IMG/VR virus record: IMGVR_UViG_3300022188_000226
Span: 52,258 to 116,257 of that record
Origin: a virus
Reading direction: 5' to 3' (one strand)
DNA: 64,000 nucleotides
Shown here: one piece after another, positions 57,624 through 64,000 of the stretch
Numbering within the stretch: the first letter of the stretch is position 1
Layout of the letters: each line of letters opens with the position of its first letter
Notes under the pieces: model-generated
Seen by the model: only the letters and a program-made list of their open reading frames with translations
The model's database searches: none
Told to the model about the DNA's origin: nothing
Translations under genes and position numbers: made by a program

Positions 57624-58070
57624 ATGGATTTTACAATACTTGGTCCGAGTGATGGTCAGCTAGCAGATAATAAATCTGATATGACAGATTGTAGATTTGG
57701 CGGTATCAGAGAGCACAGTGATGTAGCTGACACAAAAGATTACACTAAACGTACTGGAGGAGCTCCAAACAAAGAAGAGAATCCGGTAGATGAGGTCGCT
57801 AAAGATGTTGATGAGATGACTGAATCTGAAGCACGTAAGCGAGAATTTAGTCGGCGTGAAGAGACATCTAATGTACAGAAAAACAATGAAGCGGATTGGC
57901 AGGTTAAATCTGATTCAGATAACCAACCTCTGGAAAATACAGATGCGTTTGAGCCTGATCCTTCAGATCCTAATTTTCTAATGAAAACTAGACGTTCTAA
58001 GTTGAAAGGTCATTTTGGTGATGGACAATACGATAACCCTCATGGTGCTTATGAGGGAGAAATTAGTTAA
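57624..58070 (+). CDS. acidic, likely disordered hypothetical protein
   Basis: D/E-rich 148-aa ORF; weak RBS. Confidence 0.65.
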   Translation: MDFTILGPSDGQLADNKSDMTDCRFGGIREHSDVADTKDYTKRTGGAPNKEENPVDEVAKDVDEMTESEARKREFSRREETSNVQKNNEADWQVKSDSDNQPLENTDAFEPDPSDPNFLMKTRRSKLKGHFGDGQYDNPHGAYEGEIS

Positions 58071-58081
58071 GGAGATATATT

Positions 58082-58207
58082 ATGCCAAGAAAAGATGGGA
58101 CTGGGCCGAATGGAAAAGGCCCCAAAAGAACAAATAGAGGAGTACCTAAAAGAGATGGAACTGGACCAGGTGGAAACAAGCCTAGACGCACAACCAGAAA
58201 TAAGTAA
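58082..58207 (+). CDS. 41-aa DUF5320-like peptide with duplicated DGTGP motif
   Basis: AAGGAG RBS; MPRKDGTGPNGKGPKRTNRGVPKRDGTGPGGNKPRRTTRNK. Confidence 0.65.
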   Translation: MPRKDGTGPNGKGPKRTNRGVPKRDGTGPGGNKPRRTTRNK

Positions 58208-58237
58208 CACGAAAGTATATAAAAAAGATATTTAGGA

Positions 58238-58270
58238 CTTGACAAATAGAAATACTGTATTATATTATAG
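58238..58270 (+). promoter_or_regulatory. phage consensus promoter
   Basis: CTTGACA-N16-TATATT. Confidence 0.85.
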
Positions 58271-58383
58271 GTAAGAAACAAGGAAAAGGCTCGGTGGTTA
58301 AGTGGTGAGAGTATAGGTATGTAAACTCTTGTACAGAGAATTACGCCTCCACGAGCCTACATTTTGGAAAAGGAGAAATTAAT

Positions 58384-59379
58384 ATGAGTATAAAAGAACA
58401 ACTGTATGCACCATTTACAAACATTCAGTCACGTAGAGGCCGCGGCGGTACATATGATTATGTATCTTGGAAAGCCGTAGCTGATCGTATGAATGAATCG
58501 TTTGGTGTAGGATGGTCCAGTGAAGTAGTAAACCAGGAAATTGTGGGAGAAAATGTAGTAGTTCGAGTTCGTGTACTTGCTACAAACCCAGAGTCTGGTG
58601 CCATTCAATATCAGGAAGGTTACGGTGGTGCGAAAAATGATGTAGCTGCTGAAGCAGGTAATCCATTTAAGTCTGCATATTCTAAAGCATTTAAAGACGC
58701 TTGTAAGAAATGGGGAATAGGATTATATTTGGACGAAGATGTTGAGCCTTCGTCTTCTACTAGTAAAATACCTACTGGCTATACAGGAAAAGAAATGGGC
58801 GTTCCGAATACACCCAACACAACACCTACAACAGAGCCACCGCGTGTAGTACAACAGATGCCAAAAACACCTACGTTTCCAGTAGACACACCAGAAGTTA
58901 AGAAAAATTTCACGGAACCAAATATAATAACTCCATTACCAACAAATCAAATGCCAGCAGCAGGGGGGTTGCCGATACCTCCAGGTATAAGTATGAAAAT
59001 GAGTTCTGGTATTGTTGTTAAACAGGAGACTCCAGGAGTTAAAGTTGTGGCTGAACAAGAGCAAGCCCCACCAACTCCACCACCGGTACAGCAGACAATG
59101 CCAACTCCGCCTGTTGTAAATTTGAGTGCCGGTGAGAAACCAATGGTTACTAAAGCACCTACAATTAACAACGGTGCCCCTGAGAGTATTTCTGATGTAC
59201 AAAAAGCAGCTCTTCATAGCATCTTAAATATTAATGGTGTCGAATATGAAACATTAGTGACAGAAACTTTCGCTGCTAATGGCATTACTAAAACCCCAAT
59301 CCCGTCTCCTGATGATTTAACATATCAGGAAGCAGTTTATGTGGTTAAGTACGGAAATGATAAATTTAGAAGACGTTAA
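58384..59379 (+). CDS. Rad52/Rad22 (Sak-like) single-strand annealing protein with Pro-rich linker
   Basis: YDYVSW..VADRMNESFG..W...VVVRVRV...GNPFKSAYSKAFKDACKKWGIGLYL. Confidence 0.85.
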   Translation: MSIKEQLYAPFTNIQSRRGRGGTYDYVSWKAVADRMNESFGVGWSSEVVNQEIVGENVVVRVRVLATNPESGAIQYQEGYGGAKNDVAAEAGNPFKSAYSKAFKDACKKWGIGLYLDEDVEPSSSTSKIPTGYTGKEMGVPNTPNTTPTTEPPRVVQQMPKTPTFPVDTPEVKKNFTEPNIITPLPTNQMPAAGGLPIPPGISMKMSSGIVVKQETPGVKVVAEQEQAPPTPPPVQQTMPTPPVVNLSAGEKPMVTKAPTINNGAPESISDVQKAALHSILNINGVEYETLVTETFAANGITKTPIPSPDDLTYQEAVYVVKYGNDKFRRR

Positions 59380-59388
59380 GGAGTTAAT

Positions 59389-61332
59389 ATGTCAGAAAGT
59401 AATTATAAAGTTCATAAGGAATGGATTAAAGAAGCTGAATTTGAAATATTGATTCTTGAAATCCCGAGAGACGACATTGAAGATAAGTTAGCTTACTTAG
59501 CACGTGATAAAGGAAGTATTACAAAAAGTTTCTTTGAGGATTTTGTTATAGCAACATGTGTTGCAAACATTAACCAACTTCTATTTCACATTAAACAACA
59601 ACACATTGATCCTCCTAACTTGATGAATGTAAGGGCTGAGGTTATGGGGCTTATTTTGGCAATTAATTCAACATTAGACCCGGAAAACCTTGTAATTAAC
59701 CATAACGCAGTAGTAAAAATTAAAGATGAAGACGGATTAAAAGACGATGAGCGTTTACTTACAGATAATAAAGCATGGAATGTTTCTTATTATGATGAAG
59801 TAATAGACCAGTACGGTACAGATGAAGTCGAAGATAAAAATGTACCTGTAAATAATGATAAGAAAAAAAGACTTCCTTCTGGCTTAAAAAATATTGATGA
59901 TCTTGAATTTGAAGTAATAAAACAGTGGTGGAAACGGATTAATAAGTACATTGAAGTTAAAAAGTTTGATGAAGAGTGTATGGCCACCATGTTGAGTCAG
60001 AGATATTTTCATAACAGGTCAAGTTTTCAGACATATATTGTTTCTGTGTGTGTAGTTAATTCAGAAGACTTGTTTATAATGCTCGATAATATGGGTATTC
60101 CTAGTCGAGTAGCTCCGCCAATACTAATGCACGAAGTTTATGAATTATGTAAGGAGATTAATCCTTTTCTAACTTACGAGAACGCAAAGGAATTTATAGA
60201 GGAATTAAACGACGATGATGATGAGGACGACGATAATAAAAATAATTCTCCTCGTAGAGCTCCTAATAGAATGTCTTCACACGCAAGACAACCGTCTAAA
60301 AAAAAGAAACATACTAAGAAAAAGTTCAAAGATGTTCCTAAAGCCGACTTTCTAAGACTTGCATCTGCTATGAAAGTGTTTGTTATTGGTCAAGATAAAG
60401 CTATTGAAAACATTGTAGAGGCTGTACAAAGGGCTTGTGTAGGACTGAAAGATCCTAATAAACCGATAGGTTCGTTTTTATTTGCTGGTAGAACTGGTGT
60501 TGGTAAAACTCTTACTACAAAGGTACTAGCTGACGAATTAATTAAGGACCGTAATAACCTAGTTAATATAGACTGTTCTGAATACTCAGCAGATCACGAA
60601 TACGCTAAACTGATAGGAGCCCCGTCCGGATATGTAGGACATGAACAAGGTGGTATTCTTACTAATGCTATTATAGAGAACCCGTTTAGTGTGATTGTTT
60701 TTGATGAAGTAGAAAAAGCAAGCCATAAAGTTCATGAGCTCATGCTTCAGATTCTGGAGGAGGGCAGGCTTACAGACGGTAAAGGACAGAAAGTATATTT
60801 TAAAGATTGTATTATTATTATGACATCTAATGTTGGAGTATATGAAGTCGATGAAGTAAAGAAAACTATCGGATTTGGTGATGTGGCAGACCTTACAGAA
60901 AAACGTAGGATTACAGCTATTGATAAAGCTATAAAGAAGAAATTTAAACCTGAGTTCTTGAATAGAATAGACGCAATAGTTCATTTTAATACATTAAAAA
61001 AAGTTGATTACATGAGAATTATCGACCTTGAACTTTTTAAGCTTAACGAGAATCTCAAAGCTAATGACACTGAGTACAAAGATCTTACAATTGATTTTGA
61101 TGAAAAAGTTAGTAATTTTATTTATAAAAACAGCATCGATGAAGACTACGGTGCTAGACCACTAAAGAGATATATAGAGAAAGAGATTTCTAATCCTCTT
61201 TCTTCAGCATTGCTTAATAAGAATGTTGATGATAGTACAAAAGTAAATGTTTGTATTAAAAAAAGAAAGATACATTTTAAATTTGAAGCTGATTTTTTTA
61301 AGAGTGAAGAACATAAAGAAATAGGTGTATAG
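59389..61332 (+). CDS. ClpA/B/C D2-type AAA+ ATPase with unrecognised N-terminal half and IGF loop
   Basis: VIGQDKAI, PIGSFLFAGRTGVGKT, IDCSEY, LIGAPSGYVG, FDEVEKA, LQILEEGRLTD, TSNVG, KTIGF, FKPEFLNRID, YGARPL. Confidence 0.92.
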   Translation: MSESNYKVHKEWIKEAEFEILILEIPRDDIEDKLAYLARDKGSITKSFFEDFVIATCVANINQLLFHIKQQHIDPPNLMNVRAEVMGLILAINSTLDPENLVINHNAVVKIKDEDGLKDDERLLTDNKAWNVSYYDEVIDQYGTDEVEDKNVPVNNDKKKRLPSGLKNIDDLEFEVIKQWWKRINKYIEVKKFDEECMATMLSQRYFHNRSSFQTYIVSVCVVNSEDLFIMLDNMGIPSRVAPPILMHEVYELCKEINPFLTYENAKEFIEELNDDDDEDDDNKNNSPRRAPNRMSSHARQPSKKKKHTKKKFKDVPKADFLRLASAMKVFVIGQDKAIENIVEAVQRACVGLKDPNKPIGSFLFAGRTGVGKTLTTKVLADELIKDRNNLVNIDCSEYSADHEYAKLIGAPSGYVGHEQGGILTNAIIENPFSVIVFDEVEKASHKVHELMLQILEEGRLTDGKGQKVYFKDCIIIMTSNVGVYEVDEVKKTIGFGDVADLTEKRRITAIDKAIKKKFKPEFLNRIDAIVHFNTLKKVDYMRIIDLELFKLNENLKANDTEYKDLTIDFDEKVSNFIYKNSIDEDYGARPLKRYIEKEISNPLSSALLNKNVDDSTKVNVCIKKRKIHFKFEADFFKSEEHKEIGV

Positions 61333-61340
61333 GAATAACA

Positions 61341-61841
61341 ATGGGAACAATGCAAGAACTGGAAGAAGATATTGCTTTAATGCTTCATCAATTTCGTGTG
61401 GATGTAAGAAGAACTACAATGAGAGATGCATCAGTACAATTTGTAGTTGATGATTTTGGGTTAATAATCTGCTGTATTGATAGACTAGATTATACCCAAA
61501 TAGATGATATAGTTAGTAATAAGTTCGAGGGATGGAGGGCTGTATTTATATCGACTAGTGATAGTATGACAGAAAAGAGGTACGAAGTTCTTTGGGCTTT
61601 AATACGGTGTGGTTACATGAAATGGTTGAGATATAGTTTTCCTAGACAGGTAAAAAATGTATTAGCAGGACATGACAATTTAGGACAGAGAATTATAGAA
61701 GAGAGATTAAGGATTTGGAATGATAAGCCTAAGTTTAAGTATCTTATTGACGATAATAAGGTTGTCTTGAAGAACGGAGTACGGTTGGAGCTTTCAAATG
61801 ATCCGAGTTTTTTTGACTTTATGCCAGAAGAGGAGGTGTGA
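61341..61841 (+). CDS. hypothetical protein
   Basis: AGGA RBS, operonic with the Clp ATPase. Confidence 0.7.
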   Translation: MGTMQELEEDIALMLHQFRVDVRRTTMRDASVQFVVDDFGLIICCIDRLDYTQIDDIVSNKFEGWRAVFISTSDSMTEKRYEVLWALIRCGYMKWLRYSFPRQVKNVLAGHDNLGQRIIEERLRIWNDKPKFKYLIDDNKVVLKNGVRLELSNDPSFFDFMPEEEV

Positions 61842-62047
61842 CTCATATGTTTAAAGAGAATGGTAGATTTAAACCCGCGAAAAAAGAAGAGTTGGCTAAT
61901 TTAAAAGGTAAAAATATGATTTGTCCTAAGTGTCAAGAGTATTCTATTGTAACTAGTGCTAATTTTTCTGACATTAGATGTAGTGAGTGTGGTACTGTTT
62001 TAGTAGAGGTTGGGATGTCTGCTGCTGGTAAATCTACAGGCAAGTAA
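61838..62047 (+). CDS. small zinc-ribbon protein
   Basis: CPKC...CSECG; start 61838 or 61847. Confidence 0.7.
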   Translation: MTHMFKENGRFKPAKKEELANLKGKNMICPKCQEYSIVTSANFSDIRCSECGTVLVEVGMSAAGKSTGK

Positions 62048-62071
62048 GTAAGTTGGAGGCAAAGAACTATT

Positions 62072-62836
62072 ATGACAGATGAAAACAATGGTAATGGTAA
62101 CGGGGTTGAGGAGCATAAGGAGTCTAATGATGGACTTCAACAACTTCTTGATTCAACGTATCCACTGTTGCAAAAATTCAGAGACGCTTGTTCTGGTACT
62201 TATAAGCATTCTCAAGCTTTAGCGTCTATGGTTGAAGGGGTAGCTTTACCACTTGGACTCGATGTGATGAAGTTGAAAGTGGCAGCTCAGTATCATGACA
62301 TAGGAAAGATGTTTTGTCCTAAATATTTTACTGAAAATCAGGTGGAAGATGAAAGCCCGCATGAAAAATTGAGTCCAATTATGAGCTATAATGTTATAAC
62401 TAGACACGTATCCGATAGTGTTGCTATACTTATTAATGACCATAATTTTCCTAGAGACATTATAGAAATTATTAGTCAGCATCATGGTACGTCAGTACTT
62501 AAATACTTCTTTAAGAAGTCTGGTTCTGATGTAGAAGATATGTTTAGGTATAAAACTAATAAACCGACCTGTATTGAGGCGGCGATACTGATGATCTGCG
62601 ACCACATAGAAGCCACCTCTAGGTCATTGGTGCAGTCTAATAAGTTTGCCCCTACAAAGGCCATAGAGGGCACTATAAATGGATTAATTAATGATGGGCA
62701 GTTAGACGATGTAGTCATGAGGCTTGGGGACTTAAAAAAGATTAAAGAAGCATTAGCCAAGGAATTGGAAGGGACTTATCAAAAGCGTGTAGATTATGAC
62801 AAGGCAGAGGAAGAAAGGGAAACTGCTGTAGAGTAA
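62072..62836 (+). CDS. stand-alone HDIG phosphohydrolase resembling the PgpH/7TM-HD catalytic domain
   Basis: PLL..F...GTYKHS, YHDIGK..PKYFTENQ..PHEKLSP, HV, QHHGT, KP..EAAILM.CD.IEA..RSL; no TM segments. Confidence 0.9.
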   Translation: MTDENNGNGNGVEEHKESNDGLQQLLDSTYPLLQKFRDACSGTYKHSQALASMVEGVALPLGLDVMKLKVAAQYHDIGKMFCPKYFTENQVEDESPHEKLSPIMSYNVITRHVSDSVAILINDHNFPRDIIEIISQHHGTSVLKYFFKKSGSDVEDMFRYKTNKPTCIEAAILMICDHIEATSRSLVQSNKFAPTKAIEGTINGLINDGQLDDVVMRLGDLKKIKEALAKELEGTYQKRVDYDKAEEERETAVE

Positions 62837-62923
62837 GAAGAATGTTGTAGTGAATGGTAAATAAAATTAGTTACGATACATGCGTTTTAATTTGATAAAT
62901 TAACTTACATTTAGGAGATCAAC

Positions 62924-63301
62924 ATGTCTTATAAAATTTCAGGAAGTATCGGTACAGATAGTAGAATACTGGTTTTCGATGAAACCACTGGCACGATAAC
63001 TGGAAACGAATTAGTTTCCAGTGGAGAATACGAAGTTCTAGATGTTGGGGAAGGTAGTAAAACTGTTTTAGCTAGGAAAAGTGACGGTGAGACAGTCGGT
63101 TACGGGAATATTTCACCGATATTTTATGAGGCTTTCGGATTACTACATACTTTAGATAATCCTAACGCATATGGTACCTCTGCAGGTGATAATTTTGGTA
63201 TTAATGTTTCTATTTCTGAAAATAAATGTATGATAGGTGCTACTGGTGAAGATGACGCTGAGAGTTCGAACTCTGGAAAAGCATATATTTTCGCTGTTTA
63301 A
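62924..63301 (+). CDS. FG-GAP paralog 3 (N-domain + single repeat)
   Basis: Same N-domain, one repeat, same GKAYIFAV end; leader AAATTAACTTACATTTAGGAGAT shared with paralog 2. Confidence 0.85.
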   Translation: MSYKISGSIGTDSRILVFDETTGTITGNELVSSGEYEVLDVGEGSKTVLARKSDGETVGYGNISPIFYEAFGLLHTLDNPNAYGTSAGDNFGINVSISENKCMIGATGEDDAESSNSGKAYIFAV

Positions 63302-63370
63302 TAAATAGTTTTTCTAGAAATAGTAATACGAAAAGATATATTTAAAATAGTAATATAATAGGGGAAAGGT

Positions 63371-63793
63371 ATGATACATTTCGGATGGGTTACCATTACA
63401 ATAGTTATACTAGTCGTTGCAGGTATATGGTTAACCAATGTTTACAATCAATGTAGTAAGGTAAAGGAAAAAAATAAAGAATTAGAAGTCAAATGTGCTA
63501 AAGTGTTGAGCCAAAAGAAAAGCTCTGAGGTAAGACTTGGAAAAATTGGTGAGAATATGGCTCCATTTTTTGCTCAATGGCCTTATGACCCTAATGGTTT
63601 TAGATTCTTAGGTAACCCGATAGACGGCATACAGTTTAATGAAGATTCCGTTGTATTTGTAGAGATAAAAACAGGTAAAGCAAGATTAACTAACAGCCAA
63701 AAAACTGTTAAGAGGCTCGTTAAAGAGGGCAAAGTTAGTTTTGTAACCTTTAGGGTCGGAGAAGACTGTTGTACTTTAAAAAAAGACCCCTAA
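63371..63793 (+). CDS. Holliday-junction-resolvase-like PD-(D/E)XK endonuclease with N-terminal TM helix
   Basis: GKIGENMAPF...FRFLGNPIDGIQF...FVEIKTG..L...Q. Confidence 0.8.
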   Translation: MIHFGWVTITIVILVVAGIWLTNVYNQCSKVKEKNKELEVKCAKVLSQKKSSEVRLGKIGENMAPFFAQWPYDPNGFRFLGNPIDGIQFNEDSVVFVEIKTGKARLTNSQKTVKRLVKEGKVSFVTFRVGEDCCTLKKDP

Positions 63794-63815
63794 TAATAAT
63801 TTAATATGAAATTAT

Positions 63816-63849
63816 AAGGTCAGTTCCGTAAAGGGATTGGCCTTTTTTT
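63816..63849 (+). terminator. rho-independent terminator
   Basis: AAGGTCAGTTCC-loop-GGGATTGGCCTT then T tract. Confidence 0.8.
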
Positions 63850-63966
63850 AATTAACTAACCTTACTATAAATAAAGGGAGTACAATCCTTTTGCCATTCA
63901 TAAACTACTTTCTAATATTGTGATCAGTATATCGTTATTTTTTATTAAGAGGAGGAGAAAAACCTG

Positions 63967-64000
63967 ATGCCAAAAAGAAGTTTATTTACCCAATTGAGTC
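63967..64000 (+). CDS. start of ORF running out of the window
   Basis: AGGAGGAG RBS then ATGCCAAAAAGA. Confidence 0.55.
   Translation, partial: MPKRSLFTQLS

Noticed and set aside
52435-63301. Diversity-generating retroelement acting on the FG-GAP genes
   Set aside because: No reverse transcriptase or non-coding template repeat in the window, and differences are not confined to adenines.
1-64000. Minus-strand and nested alternative-frame ORFs in the track
   Set aside because: They overlap well-supported + strand genes or RNA genes, show no motifs, and look like shadow ORFs.
1-64000. CRISPR array or cas operon
   Set aside because: No repeat-spacer periodicity seen. 9962..11128 is a RecB-type nuclease in a replication context, and the TnpB is bounded by IS607 ends.
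1-64000. Stop-codon reassignment (TAG read-through)
   Set aside because: Conserved genes such as dnaB, polA and nrdJ end properly at TAG, long ORFs are intact in code 11, and no suppressor tRNA is seen.

Overview
AT-rich, gene-dense window with essentially all genes on the + strand. It reads as part of a large (jumbo-type) bacteriophage genome: bacterial-like replication genes mixed with many small hypothetical ORFs, homing endonucleases, inteins, tRNAs and a tmRNA, and no ribosomal or core cellular operons. It contains: (1) a replication/recombination block (beta-clamp end, RecA, DnaB, primase, SSB, DnaJ, RuvC, RecB-like nuclease, DnaX, PolA, dUTPase, class II RNR, nucleotidase, RNase HII, dCMP deaminase); (2) a ~19.6 kb sugar-synthesis/glycosyltransferase cluster with a ThyX-like gene between two intein-bearing GT-B enzymes; (3) seven inteins; (4) a decayed IS607 element with a pro-Fanzor-type TnpB plus two truncated copies that keep the same ~125-nt 3' (omegaRNA/right-end) module, all ending at the GG of a ribosome-binding site; (5) an accessory region with PAS and receiver-like proteins, three dispersed FG-GAP paralogs sharing one N-terminus, an Smr protein, tRNAs, a tmRNA with an atypical tag, an IGF-loop Clp ATPase and a stand-alone PgpH-like HD domain; (6) ten copies of a sigma70-type promoter, mostly CTTGACA-N16-TATATT. 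All calls come from motif reading by eye; no database searches were run.
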